A stretch of DNA of 64,000 nucleotides from Rebecca billardiae RCC1528. Taxonomy: Eukaryota; Protista; Haptophyta. Position 1 is the first letter of the stretch, and the number at the start of each line of letters is the position of its first letter. The notes below the pieces were generated by a model. The model did no database searches. It was not told the origin of the DNA and saw nothing but the letters and a program-made list of their open reading frames with translations. Shown in pieces: positions 1 through 12,626 of this stretch. A program made the position numbers and the translations under genes. The DNA lies in contig OZ251241.1 in assembly GCA_965240325.2 (NCBI GenBank), positions 868,001 to 932,000 of the forward strand. The letters are read 5' to 3'.

Positions 1-399
1 CTGTCGCCTGTTGAAGTGCCCTCTAGTATGCCCCCCAGCCCAGCCCAGCCGTCAGAAGCACTCAAAACCGACTCCGCGTGCCGTCGCGCCGTCGTGCGGG
101 CGCGCTGCCGGCCACTTAGTGTCACATAGAGATTCAGCGAAGTGGTACCCACCCGTGATGGCGGCTAGATGACGGAATGCGGTCGGTAGTACTTATTGAC
201 AACCGTTGCCACTCAGTCGAATGAATTTATGATGCAGCGACTGCATATTTGGCGCACCATGCTGGGCGCGTAGAAATTCAGGAGAAACAGCAGCAAGATC
301 GAGCATGTTACCCATTTAAATACAGGTAGGTACCCGTAAATATGAGCATGTGTGTACCCGTACATACTAACGGTCGATGCGAGTCCATATGTATTCAAA

Positions 400-1600
400 T
401 CAATGTCTATATATGTGGGTACGTTCGAATACGGGCGCCGGAGATGAATATGCGGGCTCGGTCGCAACACTCGACTCAGCCGGCACCGGCGCCGCGTCGC
501 CAGTCGTCCTACCCCAGCCCATGAGCCCATGCGAGGCCACCACCGGTCTACGATTACCGCGGCTGCAGCGCCCAGCCACCGAGGCGGCCTCCGGCTCCGG
601 CTCGGCGAGCTGCTCGGCGGCGAGCTTCGCGCTCTCTGACTCTGCTGCCACGCCCGCCGTGCTCACCGCCTTGACCATAGTGCGGTCCGCGCGCTGCTCC
701 GCTGTGATCGCCGCCAGATCCTCACGCCGCGCCTTGGCCTCGGATGTGCCTGCGCGGCTGTTGGCGGCCGTGATGGCGCCGGCGGGCTCGGCGTCGCGCG
801 CCTGCTCCGCGGTGAGCGTGACGTCCGTGCGCGTTCTTTGCTTCGCACATCCGTGCTGCAGCCCCACTATCCAGGCGTGCGCCTCGGCCGTGCACAGAGA
901 ACAGGCAGGGCCAAGGAAGCGGCCACTCGAGGCGGAACGCGAGAGATTCAAACCAGTAGTGCACCACCTTCTTGTTCAACAGGCCATCCTTGCCGAGCTG
1001 GGTCCATCCTGAGCGCCGTGGCGTTCTCGTGTGCCTTGAGTTGTTGCCAGAGCGCGCGGACATCGCCCAGCGAGAGGAGGTTGATGCGCTCGCGCAGCCG
1101 GCACCGGTAAGAAACTAGCGGCAGGCATCGTGATGATTACATTCAGCGTCTCGGCGTCGGAGAGAGGCGGCACACGCGACGGCGCGCGCTCGCCAACGCC
1201 TGCATGAGTGAATGCGGCAGTGGAAAGCATGCGTGCGGGAGTACCGCGGGGCCATCAGGGGGGCAGGTACGTGCGCAGGAACGCTACACATGGAAGGAGT
1301 ATGTGTTGGGGACCGCGTATGCGCACCGTATGCGTGCGCGGCGCGCGCGCATCACCTGCAAGGGGAGCACCCTCCTCCATCTCGAGCGCATGAGCCAGCT
1401 TGAACGCACTGGCACGCGTGCAACCTCGCGGTTTCAATGTCCGACGCCGGCGACCGATATGTCCGGGGACTTCATGGTGGTCACGTAGACTCGCTCGATC
1501 GGGCGCTCTCGACGCTCGTACGCGCTCTGTCGCGCCGAGGCGACGGTGGTGGTGACCGTCCAGTCGTGCATCTCCGTCGCCGCCAGCCCACTGAACAGCC
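400..1600 (-). pseudogene. Probable decayed coding remnant (coiled-coil-like segment; possibly TE-derived)
   Basis: Protein-like fragments occur in different minus-strand frames (TLTAEQARDAEPAG...AKLAAEQLAEPEPE; LLNKKVVHYWFESLAFRLEW). They are broken by stops and frame changes with no canonical intron joining them. Confidence 0.25.
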
Positions 1601-1849
1601 CGACCCGGCAGCTCGCCGCGTACGCTCGCGGCGCTCGAATTTATGGCGAAACTCGCGCTCACTCCACTTGAAAACCCGTCGAGGCATTTTTTCGATTTTA
1701 TTTTGGTGTGCTGGACCCCCTACCCCGAGCCGAAGTCAACCAAGCGGACCATGCAGCAGAGTCCCTTCCGACCACCGAGTATTGATGACTTCAACAGCAG
1801 AGAAATGCTGTCGCATCTATCACTCGCATCCGATTACACCTACTCCTGG

Positions 1850-2009
1850 AATAGGTTCAGACTCTAATTTTACTATGTAATTACGCGTCCCTTACTCAGA
1901 TTTCAACACAGTCCGGGAGCGCGTTCCGGACACCTGTATATACATATGCGCATCAAAATATACCCGGACTGGGTATTCAGTTATATAGAAAATAGAGTCT
2001 GAACCTATT
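1850..2009. repeat. Imperfect inverted repeat (~30-bp arms, ~100-bp spacer)
   Basis: AATAGGTTCAGACTCTA (1850-1866) is the exact reverse complement of TAGAGTCTGAACCTATT (1993-2009). Imperfect pairing extends over 1850-1880 and 1981-2009. Confidence 0.8.
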
Positions 2010-2263
2010 GGAGGTGTGGCTGAGTGATCCATCCCGCCCGGGGAATCCCGGGCCGTATTATCGTCCAAGGGACCGCCTAAGAGTAAGGTGGTAGCAGTAG
2101 ATCGATCATCAGCAGAGGCGGCGATCCCGCCGATTGCAGTGTCAAGATGTAACGCTCCAGTGACCGGACTAGGGGGGCCGGGTGGACCGAAGCCGGAGCC
2201 CATGCTATCAGACTCAGTCTTCATCGCTGATCATAACAGCGCCGGCAGCTGCGCCTGCTACTA

Positions 2264-2266
<3 letters not shown>

Positions 2267-2359
<93 letters not shown>
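2267..2359. repeat. (TC)n microsatellite
   Basis: About 46 uninterrupted TC units. Confidence 0.98.
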
Positions 2360-2361
<2 letters not shown>

Positions 2362-2702
2362 ATATTCGGTTATGGGGGTAGTGACCGCAGCCTTGAGTTG
2401 AGACGCTCAGACCAGGCAGCAGAGTCTAGCTTTAAGCAGCAGCAGCTGCTGCGCTACTACTTAAGATGACTGATGATCGCGCCTCGGATGATCCTGCTGA
2501 CGCGGCTGACGACTACTCAGGACTACTCCCAGGACGAGTCCGTGACGACTCGGTCACTGCTGACACTGGCGGCGCGGACTGACCGTACTGAGTCGGGCCA
2601 CTCGGACCGGTCTCAGTCTGACGAGTCGGACTCCGATGAGGCTGATTTCACTTGAATCAGCCAGCGCACGGTACGTAGTGATGCGATTCTGACCGGACTC
2701 AT

Positions 2703-3581
2703 CAGCAGCGGACCCGTTGCACGGGTGAGTGACCGTACCAGTAGGGCGGTGAAAATGCGACGTACCGGTGAAAATACGGTTTTGCAACTAGCGCTGGGCG
2801 ATGGCTGCCGGGCGCGACGAGCCGAGCGGATTGGTGCACGGGGAATCCAATTCCCCGTGCACCAATCCAATCCGTTCGTCGCCAGGTGCTGCCGTTGCCG
2901 AGATCGAGCTGCAAAACCCTCAGCAGGTGGTCAAGAGAAGGAAACGGGGAGGGCTGTCGCAGCGCGCGCGCCGCGGTGGGAAGAGAGAAGGGCTTGCCTC
3001 CCAACTGCAGCTTTGGCAGCGTTCCCTCTTGCGGCAGTGGAAGCCGACGACGAGGAGGATGACGACGCAGCTGCTGATGACTGCTGCGAAGCAGCAGCGG
3101 TGACACTCTGCGGTGCACAGCTGCCACCGCGCGCGCCGCGCGTGACTCGGACTCGGGTGATGGCGACAGCAGCACAGCAGTCCTCATGAAGACGATGAAG
3201 CTGCGTGCACGGGTGCACGAGGTGGCAGGCGAAAGCGCGCCGACGAGACAGCACTTGACACGCCTGAGCGCACGCCCATGCTCGCCGAGCGCGAGCGCTG
3301 CAAGTGCAACTACAGTGCGCGCCGCGCGGCAAGTGGATGCAGGCTGTACTCGGCGGCACTGCGTCCGCGGTCATCGTCTCTTCACTTGTCGAGGCTGCTG
3401 CTGCGGCGGGCCGGGGGCACTACCCGGCACGCGCGGCGTAGCGCGCTAGACGGAAGGTGATGGTAGACGCACTGTCACGCTCCCGCCGCCGCCGCCGCCG
3501 CCTGCAAGACTGTATCGTCACTCTAGGCCGCCGAAGTGTCGTTTTTTCGGCGCTCACGCTTGCAACGGGTCAGCGCTGCTG
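2703..3581. mobile_element. Putative non-autonomous TIR element (MITE-like) with internal perfect hairpin
   Basis: The left end CAGCAGCG-GACCCGTTGCAcggGTGAGtG (2703-2731) matches the reverse complement of 3551-3581 (CAGCAGCGctGACCCGTTGCAagcGTGAGcG). A perfect 19-bp hairpin lies at 2828-2868. No clear TSD and no transposase. Confidence 0.5.
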
Positions 3582-4229
3582 CGCAGCTGGCACGGCACTC
3601 GGCAGCATCATCATGCACTTGCAGATGGATATGATGACCGACGGCGACAGACAGTCATCACAGTAGTTAGTATCAGTGACCCTCATGACGCGATGCATCA
3701 ATTGATATAATCATCAATATCATCATATGATGTGCATCGTCAGCCTCAGGGACAGGTGATCAGCAAGCAGTGTATACGTCGGCTGACGGCTCATGCCTCA
3801 TCTGCGCCGTCTGGCCGCCCGCGGTCTGGCCGGCGCTTTGCTCGGGCTGACTGATTGGCCGGTCACTGACCGTCCGACTGCCAGTCTGCCAGTGAGAGTG
3901 AGACGTCAGACGACTCGGACCGCCGGGAGGAGTCTGACGACTGACATCAGATTCAGTGTGATGAGTGATGATATGCGCACTACTGGCGTCTGCTGGCACC
4001 CGGGGAATAACCGCGGGATACCAATAATCGGATATATTATTCCGCGACGGATGATGAATCGCGTCTCGCATCTTCAGCAAGTCATGCGCATCAATGCCGC
4101 AATGCGCATCATCAATAATGGCGCGGACAATTGCGCCAAAGAAACGGTCACAGTGTCACACGCATAGCCCAACGCCGGCGCCATAGCTTGCGGGCTCATC
4201 CGATGCGCAAGACGCGGCTGCGCCCTCCC

Positions 4230-5023
4230 TCATCTCCGCCCGTCGCTCGACAGCAGCGTGGCGTACCATGCGACGAGCAGAAGCGAGACCTCCGCCGCGT
4301 GCACGAGCGGGCGCAGCGTGCGCAGCAGCTCGCGCACGCTCTCCATCGCGCCGTGCAGCCCGCGCGCGTACGCGCCAAAGTGGAAGGACCTGTGCCGCAG
4401 TGCGCGCGCCCACGGCCCTGGCTCGGCGATGAGCAGGCAGACAGGGATGAGCCTGAGGGTGTGCAGGGCGGGGTGCGCGCGGCAAGCGCGGTCGAGTGAG
4501 AGTGGTGCGCGCACACACGCCGAGCGGCACGCGCGGCGGAGAGCACGGGCAGATGCGGCGGCGCGCGCGCGCACCACGGCATCGACGGGATTGCGAGCGT
4601 GGCCAGCCCAACCATCGCGTAGTACGCAGACTGCTGCACAGCTGCCAGCGTGCCCGTGCGGCGCAACCGCGGCTGCGCGTCTGCGCGCGTGTCGGCCACG
4701 GCGCAGATGAGCCACTCGGTGACGACGGTGGCGAGCGCGAGCACTGCCTTCGCCTGCAGTACCACGAGGAGCGCGTGGCCCGTCGCCAGGCCGAGGCTCG
4801 TCTTGCGCTCCCCGGGCTGGAAGTCGGCGAGGTGGCGTTGGAACGCTGCGCGCTCGAGCGTGCCGAGCTTGCTCGTGCTTCGCGCGGCAGCGAGCACCGA
4901 GGAGCGCTTGAGCAGCGCAAGGTCGGACCACATTCCCTTCGCGGCGCGCGCGTTCGCCGTGTCTGAGCCCAGTACGGCCTCCTCCAGCATGCGCCGCGCG
5001 CGCTTGAGTGATCGGTCGCTCAT
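4230..5023 (-). CDS. Hypothetical membrane protein (~223 aa), one intron 4453-4574
   Basis: ATG at 5023. A GTGCGC...CAG intron joins ...LAIPSMPW to LIPVCLLIAEPG... in frame, with the stop at 4230. Several hydrophobic segments. Confidence 0.65.
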
Positions 5024-5145
5024 CGTGCGCCGAGTGGGTGCAGGCCAGCCACGTGTTCTCGCCGCCGAAAATCCTGCTGACGCGAGCGCGAATCGCTCGA
5101 AAATATGCGCGACCGTGCTGACGATTTATTCGCACGCCGGGCACG

Positions 5146-6567
5146 ATGGCGAGCATGCTGCTCGTCGCGGCGCTGCTGATGTCCTTCGTCAGCATGGCGG
5201 GCGCCGACAGCTTGCAGCCCGACGACGCCGCGGACGCCGCGCACACGCGCTCGTGCGAAGCCTTCTGGCGACGCAGCGCGTTCGAGTGCGGCATCGTCGT
5301 CTTCCGCCACGTGCCCAAGACGGGCGGCTCGAGCATCTCGCACAGCGCTTCCGTGCTGAAGGCGCACTGCTGGTGGACGCTCGGGCACTCGTACCGCGGC
5401 GTCTCGCGCATGCAGAAGGCGATCCATCGCGGCCCACCGCTGCCCTCGTACGAGACGTTCTACGACCTCTTCTCCGCGCACGTGAACGCGTCCGCGGCCA
5501 CGCGCGCGCTCTACCCTCGGCTCTTCCTCGAGTCGCACTGCGAGCAGGGTCCGTACCGCGCGTTCCTGCCCGAGCGGCCTCGCATCGCGCGCGCGTGGCC
5601 GCGCTGCCGGATGCGCCTCTTCGCGCTCATCCGCGAGCCGCTCGCGCAGAAGCTCAGCCAGTGGAGCTTCTTCCGCTCGGTGCGCGGGCCGAACCCGTCG
5701 TTTGTGCGCGACTACACGCGCTGCATCGCCAACGCGAGCCGCACGCGCGAGGGGTGCGGGCTGCAGCTCGAGTACATCCTGCCGTCCGTCGCGTCGCTGC
5801 GGCTGCTCGGGCACTCGGACGCCGACGTGCAGCGCCACGCGCTCGCCTTCCTCGACGCGGACCCGTCCATCTTCCTCGGCACCTTTGAGAACTTCTCGAC
5901 GTCACTCCTCCTGTTCTCACACGAGTCGGGCGTCCCACTCGCGCGGCTCACGATCATGAAGAAGGCCGGGAACACGAAGCGCAGCGCGGCGGCGGTCGAG
6001 GCGATGGCGCGCGCGCGCGCGGAGCTCGGCGCGCAGGGCAGCCCGGCGCGCGCCCACCTGCGCCGCGTGCTCGCCCTCGACCACTGGTTCCACGAAACCG
6101 TTACGGCACGGCTGCACTCGGCGCTCGAGCGCGCGCTCGCGGCGCCGTTCGGACACTGCCTCGCGCCGCGCGGCTGGTCGGTCGCCACGCTCGCGCACAC
6201 GATGCGCGAGCGGTACAGGCGGCGGCCGAAGGGTGAGCGCGTCCCGCTCGACGCGGCCGTGGTCGAGCGCGCCACCTCGCACCTGCAGGCGCAGCATGCC
6301 GCGCGGTGCCGATCGGACATGAACGCGACGCCGTGCGCGCGCGTCGGCTACCCGCCGGCGCACGTGCCGGAGGACCGCGCGGTGGTCGAGCACACGGCGT
6401 GGTGGGTGCACAGGCGGGACCGCGCGCCGCACCTGTACAAGGGCTTTCGCGCGCACGTGCCCACCGTGCCGGACGACTACTTTCAGGAGTGCCGCCGTGG
6501 CGCTGATGCCGCCTCTCCGAGCCAGCCCACTCGTCGAGCGGTCGTTCGCCGTGACGAGACGTTATAA
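5146..6567 (+). CDS. Secretory-pathway carbohydrate sulfotransferase (Sulfotransfer_2/HS2ST/Gal3ST-like), 473 aa
   Basis: N-terminal signal peptide/anchor, 5'-PSB motif FRHVPKTGGSSI and 3'-PB motif FALIREPLAQKLSQW. Intronless, with host-like codon usage. Confidence 0.8.
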   Translation: MASMLLVAALLMSFVSMAGADSLQPDDAADAAHTRSCEAFWRRSAFECGIVVFRHVPKTGGSSISHSASVLKAHCWWTLGHSYRGVSRMQKAIHRGPPLPSYETFYDLFSAHVNASAATRALYPRLFLESHCEQGPYRAFLPERPRIARAWPRCRMRLFALIREPLAQKLSQWSFFRSVRGPNPSFVRDYTRCIANASRTREGCGLQLEYILPSVASLRLLGHSDADVQRHALAFLDADPSIFLGTFENFSTSLLLFSHESGVPLARLTIMKKAGNTKRSAAAVEAMARARAELGAQGSPARAHLRRVLALDHWFHETVTARLHSALERALAAPFGHCLAPRGWSVATLAHTMRERYRRRPKGERVPLDAAVVERATSHLQAQHAARCRSDMNATPCARVGYPPAHVPEDRAVVEHTAWWVHRRDRAPHLYKGFRAHVPTVPDDYFQECRRGADAASPSQPTRRAVVRRDETL

Positions 6568-6794
6568 CGAATACGATCGACGCCGACGACCTCGACGCCC
6601 GAAGCCGACCAGGCACACGCTCGCGACAAGCTGCTCGTCATCATCATGATTGAGCATTGCCGTGTATGATAATCAAGTTTTATATTAATGACATGCTGCG
6701 ATATATTAAATAATAAATTATAATTATGAATGCCGCCGAGTGCCATGAAGTGATGAACTGCCTCACACTTGACTCAGTCTGTGTAGAGCTCTAA

Positions 6795-6909
6795 GGAGAG
6801 AGAGATAGAGAGAGTATATATGTATATATATATATATATATCGTGTATTATTTGTCGTAATAACGACTTCGTTCAATTAACGTGCTGATGATGACTGTCG
6901 TCTAAGACA

Positions 6910-6941
<32 letters not shown>

Positions 6942-6942
6942 A
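6795..6942. repeat. (GA)n and (TA)n microsatellites in AT-rich intergenic DNA
   Basis: GA run at ~6797-6813; TA runs at ~6815-6841 and ~6909-6941. Confidence 0.9.
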
Positions 6943-7556
6943 ATACGACGATATACGCGCCGTAGGGCTCCTTGACAGTGCCTCGCGGAGCCCATGCGGC
7001 CCCGTGCCGTGCTAACAAAGTCGTCGTCCTTATTGCGCACGGGCTCGGGGCTGAAGCTACAGTTTGCTAAGATCGATTTGATAACGAATGCTGCATGTGA
7101 TGCACACTGCTTGGTGTTGGTTATCCGAGGTTATCGCCAGTAACAGCCACGGGCTGCTGCCGTAGTGATTTAGACTGCGCCGTCCCGAACACTGCACAAA
7201 GACACCGCCACAAGCAGACCGGCGCAGGCAGGCGAGGGGCGCGTTGCCGCACCTCATCGAGGCGGCCATTGCAGCAAGAACGGCCGCCCCGCGCTCGGAG
7301 GCACGCGATCGAGATTCGAGAGAGCGCTCTGACACCACACGGGGAGGGTGCTGCACCCGTACCACAAAACCCCGCCGCAGCACGCAGTCCCGCACGCACG
7401 CTGCGGCCTGGACTGATCCGGATCCAGAGCTGGACTCCGGTTCGCGGCCACCGGTCATTCGGAGGCCGCGAGCCCTCCAGCGGATGGCCGCCAGCGGCGG
7501 AGGGAGAAAGGCAGCGCCAAGAGGCCTGCTGCCCGCGGTCTTGAGCCTCGGGGGCC

Positions 7557-10218
7557 ATGAGCCGCCCGAGGACGCTGCCCGGGCTGCTGGGCGACCTCGG
7601 TGACCTCCACCGCGACGTGGCGGAGGCCAAGGCGGGCCGCCTCACGCGCGAGGAGCTGCTGCAGCTCCAGCACCGCGTGCGCAGCGCGCGCGCGCTCGCG
7701 CGCCGGATCGGCCCACCCGGCGGCAGCGGCGACGAGCTGAGTCCGACGGAGCATGGCGGCTCGGCGGGGTGGGATGCGGCGCACGGCGGGATGCACGCCG
7801 AGCCGCACGCCCCGGGGCCGTATGCCGACGCCTTCTCGCCCCACGCCGATCCGGTGAGCGCGAGCCCGCCGCGCTCGGTGCACCCCATAGCGCCGCCGGT
7901 CGGTTCGACGACGCCCGATGCCCTCGGCGTGATGCCGCCGCGCGCGCCGAGCCTGGGGCGCGACGCGCGCGCACCCACGCCGCCGGCGATCGCCGTCGCG
8001 TCGATCCGCGGGGCCGCCCCGGAGACCGCACGCGCGCACGGGCACGGCGCGGGCGCGAGCGCGCCGCGCCTCGGGGCGATCCCTGGGCTTGACGACGGCG
8101 ACGACGGCGACTCGTCCGATGGCGACGGCGAGGGCGGGCTGGGCTACGGCGGCGCGGGGCTCGGGGTGCCGAGCGGCTCGGCCTGCCGCAGCGCGAGCTC
8201 CCTCCTCTCGCCGCCCAGTGGCAGCATGTCCGCCTCGCCGCACCGCGGGTACGATGATGAATGGACGCTCGGGCAGGTGTGCGCGGTGTCCGCGTCCTCT
8301 GCGGCGCCGGGCGGCGCGCAGCAGCAGCGGCACAGCTTGCCGACGAGCGCCGTGCCGCGCGAGGCGGGCTCTGGGCTCGGGCCGAGCGCCGCCGAGCCGC
8401 CCGCGCGCCACTCCCTGCCACCGCTCGCGCGCGCGGCCGAGCCGTCTGACTCTCGGACGGACGTGCGCACACCCTCGCCCGCGTGGTCGGCGTACGCGCC
8501 CACGGAGGGCGGCGGCGTGGAGGAGGGCGGCGGCGGCGGCTCGGGGGGTGAGCGGCGCAGGAGCCACGGCTCGGGCTCGGCCGGGCGCCGCGCGCTCGCC
8601 GAGCCCGCGCGCGCGCGCAGCGGCGCGCGCGCGCCTTCGGCCGGCGCGCGCGCCGCTGCGGGGTCACGCGGATGCAGCGAATCCGCCGGCGCGGCCGCCG
8701 GCGGGGACGGCGGTGGGCGGAGCGCGCGCAGCTCGGCCTCGCCGCCCTGGCGGCTGTGCGCGACGCTCTTCTCCGCGGCGTCCACGCGCAGCAAGCCCGC
8801 CACGCTCGCCGACGAGCCCGCGGCCGCTGGGCACGCGGCCGCGGCCGCGCCGCCCGCGCCGCGCGTGACCTCAGCGTGCGCGGGCGCCGCGCCGCTGCTG
8901 GGCGCCGCTGCCCGCGACTCAGGCGCGGTGGCCGCGGCGCGGGGCGGCGAGGCTGCGTCGGACGACGCCGTCACGCTCGACGCGGCCGTGCCGGCGCGTC
9001 GTCCCCGCCGCCAGTCCGACGGCGCCGCCGAGGCGCGCGCGCGCCGACACGCGCACGCGCAGCCGCAGGCCGCCGGCCAGCGCCGCCACCGCCATTCGTT
9101 CCCGGTCGGGGGCGCGCGCCCGCGCTCGCGCTCGAGCGGCGGCGGCGGTGGCGGGAGCGAGCGCTGGCGCCGCTCGCGCGGCAGCCATCGCGCCGCCAGG
9201 CCCGACGTCGTGATCGCCGAGGAGGGGCCGCCGCCAACCAAGCGGCAGCCGGTGTCCGCGCGCGCGACGCTGTGCGCGGTCGGCTGCTGCCTTCTACTTG
9301 GGTTCTTATTGGGCGCGCTCTCGATCGGGCTGGGAGGCGTGACGTTCGCGACGGTGGGGCACCGCATCTCGCTTGCCGTGCACCCGCCGGACGCGGGCGG
9401 CGGCAGCGCCGCCGGTGGCGGCAAGGGCGGCGGCGGCGCGGGCGCGGCGGGGCGGCACCCGCGGCATGCCGCGCCGCCCCCGCCGCCGTTCGGTGGCGCG
9501 CGGCCGAGACGGCCGGGACGGCTCGGCGCGGCGGCGCCGGCGCAGGTGCCGCGCGTGGGCACGGACGTGCACACGCCCTCGCCGCTGCACGTCGCCGTCG
9601 GCTGGCACGGCGAGCACGGCCTCCGATTCGCATGGGACCTGCACGACGGTGGCGCGCGCGCGCCACGCGAAGGCGCGGGGCGCGCCGGGCCGGCGCCGAC
9701 GCTTGCGCCCGGGAGCGGTCCTCGGAGCGGTGGCACGTCGGCACGCGCGCCGCTGAGCACGCACGAGCTGCTCGTCGGCGGTCCCGAGCTGCGCCGCGCC
9801 CCCGCGCACGACGACGACGCCGTCCCCGCGCCGTGGCAGCCATGGCTCCTCTCAGACATCGCCATTAGCTACGGCCGCGCGGGCACGACCGCGCGCACCA
9901 CCGCCGTGGTGCCCGCCGGCTCACGCGACGCGATCGTTGACGGCCTGGCGTGCGGCACTGCGTACTTCTGGGCGCTGAGCGCGTGCTCGGTGACGGAGGG
10001 CTGCGGCGGCGCCGTCGTCGACGGCGGCGGCGGCAGCGCCGTGGGTCCGGACGTGCGAGGCGTCGCGTCGACCGCACCGTGTGTCGTCGCGTCGCCGCCA
10101 TTTCAGCCGCCGCCGCCGAGCCCGTCGCCGCCGCCGCCGCCGCCGTCGCCGCCGCCGCCCTCATCGCCGCCGCCGCCGTCGCCGTCGCCGCCACCGCCGC
10201 CGAGCCCGCCGCCGCCCG

Positions 10219-10249
<31 letters not shown>

Positions 10250-10886
10250 CTCGCCGAGAAGCCCACCGCCGTCTTCGCCGCCGCCCTCGCCGGCGCCACC
10301 GCCGCCCTCGCCCTCGCCGCCGCCACTGCCATTTGCGCCGCCGCCGTCGCCGAGGCCGCCGCCACCCTCGCCCTCGCCGCCGCCGCCAAGCGAGCCGCCA
10401 CCCAGCCCGTACCCGCCGCCGCCCAGCCCGTCGCCGCCGCCGCCGCCGCCGCCGCTCCGCCTGAGCCCGTCGCCGCCGCCGCGTCGCGCGGCGGCGCGCG
10501 CCGCGACGCGCGGGCCGCGCGCGGGCCAGCGGCAGCCGGGCGATTCGTCGGCAGCGGCCGCGGGGTCGGCAGCCGCGCCACCGGAGGAGCAGGCGGACGC
10601 GTCGCCGCCGCCGCCCTCGCCGCCGCCGCCGCCGCCTGTGTACCTGTCCTCGCCGCCGCCGCCGCCGCCGTACCTGGCCTCGCCGCCGCCGTCGCCTCCG
10701 CCGCGGCGCGCGGCGGCCGCGCGCGGCGCGCACGCCTTGCCCTCGCCATCGCCGCTGCCGAGCGCCGAGCGCGCCGAGCGCGCTGGCGCTGTCCGGCCTC
10801 GGAGTCCGCCGGCGCACGACGACGGCGGGACGTCACGGCTGGCGCGGTGGCGTGCGGGCGTCGGCGTGTGGTCGCCACCGCCGCTG

Positions 10887-10918
<32 letters not shown>

Positions 10919-12375
10919 GTCGCCCCCATCGCCCAGCCCGCCGCCACGGCTTCCGCCGCCGCCGTCGCCGCTGCTGGCGCCGCCTCCGAGCTTGCCGCCG
11001 CTGCCGCCGCCGCCGCCATCGCCGCCGCCGCCCTCGCCGCTGGCGCCGCCGCCGCCCTCGCCGCCGCCACCCTCGCCGCTGCCGCCTCCGCCGCCCTCGC
11101 CGCCGCCGCCCGCGCCGCCCCCGGCCCCGCCCTCGATGACGAGCGCGCTTCTGTTCAAGGACGCCGTGTGCGGCACCATCCGATCCAACCAGCTTTGGAA
11201 CGTCCCCTCGCCCGACGCGTGCGCGGCGCTGTCCGCGCGCAGCAAGGCGCTCGGCGGCAGCGGCTGGGACCCGCGCGTCTTCTTCGCGTACTCGCCGTGG
11301 CAGCAGCTGTGCGTGGAGTGCACGCCGAGCGAGGCGGCGAACAGGCGGTGTGCGCCTCGCGCCTCGCGCGCGCCGCACTGCACTGCAGCGGGGCGCTGCG
11401 GCGCCGCGCCGCCCACCACGCGCGCCTCGCGCCGCCCCCGCCCGCCGCGCGCCGCGCCCCGCGCCGATGCGCAGCAAGTTCGAAGGTGTCGCGGTGTACG
11501 TCGCCGAGATCGACCCGCCTCAGAACGGCGCGGGCGGCACGGAGAAGCTCCGGCAGCGCCCCGATCCGCGCGCATCCCGTGCGGGCGCGCAGGAGGGGCC
11601 GGAGCAGCGCGCGGACGCACCGGCGGGCGGGTCTTCGGGCGCAGCCGCAGCCGCGGGCGCGCAGACTGTTGGCTCGCAGCGCGTCTCGGCGGCCGCTCGA
11701 GTCGGCGCGCGCGAGGCGGCGCCGAGCGTGGTGCTGCTTCGGCGCGCGCGAAAGCGCTCGGCATGGTGGCATCCGCCGCCGCCCACGCCGCCGCCCAGCG
11801 CGCCGCCGGCTGCGCCAAGCGCGCCGCCGCCGCCTGTGCCCCGTGCGCCAGCGCCCCGCGCCGCGCTGTCGCGGCTCGCGCGACGGCGCCTCGGCTTCTC
11901 GCCTCCGCCCTCGCCGCCGCCCACGCCGCCGCCCTCGCCCTCGCCGCAGCAGGCCGGGGGCGTGCCCGACGGGGCAGGCGCCGGGACCGCGCTCGGCGCG
12001 AGCGCAGCCGCCGGCGCTGGCGCGCCAGGCGCGTCGCACGCGCTCACCCCGGCCGAGGCGCGCCGGGCCGCGCGCGATCGCAGGCACAGGGAGCGCCTCA
12101 CGCGCCGCGGGCGGCGCTCCGGCCCCGAGGCTGAGGCTGGCGGCGCCACCGCGGCGCGGCAGAGCGCTGAGGCTCCGGCGTTGGAGGCGCAGACGCCCGG
12201 AGCAGCGCGCGCGCTCAGAGGCGAGCTGTCCGCCCTCGTGCTCCTCGGCGGCGGCGTCGCCCTGGCCGCGAGTGCGCTGCTGGCAGCCGCAGCCATTCTA
12301 GCGGGCGGCCGTGCCACCAGCACGACGTGGCCGGCGCGACGACGCGTTCGTGATAGCCAGCAGATGCTGGTGTGA
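7557..12375 (+). CDS. Two-TM cell-surface protein: FN3-like domain, extensin-like SPPP rods, PAN/apple-like Cys module; intron 11348-11474
   Basis: TM1 LCAVGCCLLLGFLLGALSIGLGGV. FN3-like LRFAW...AIVDGLACGTAYFWALSAC. Long SPPPP tracts. Cys module LFKDAVC...SPDACAAL...FFAYS...LCVEC. The GT..AG intron joins ANRR to KFEGVAVYV in frame. C-terminal TM ALVLLGGGVALAASALLAAAAILAG. Confidence 0.75.
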
Positions 12376-12626
12376 TATGATGGTCGCCGGCGATGACGCC
12401 GCGATGAATGTAGCAGCTAGCCGGAATGAAGATGACTGCGCGTCTGCTGATGCTACTCAGACGTGGCGACTTAGTAGTACTAGCAGTGATGACGGCGACT
12501 TGACCGGCAGGGCTCATGATCAGGACTGCTGCTGTGCAAATTCGTCCGCCGCCAATAATTCCGCCATCAATTCCTGGTCGTAAATACCGGTATCGGTCGT
12601 GCAGGATCGTCCCATTCGTTTGAACG

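Noticed and set aside
8-1797. Possible TIR pair CTGTTGAAGT / ACTTCAACAG enclosing the first 1.8 kb
   Set aside because: The match is only 10 bp, there is no TSD, and it lies at the window edge, so it could be chance.
2088-2469. ORFs with LSLSLS tracts (also the YIYIYI ORFs near 15.7 kb)
   Set aside because: They are translations of microsatellites.
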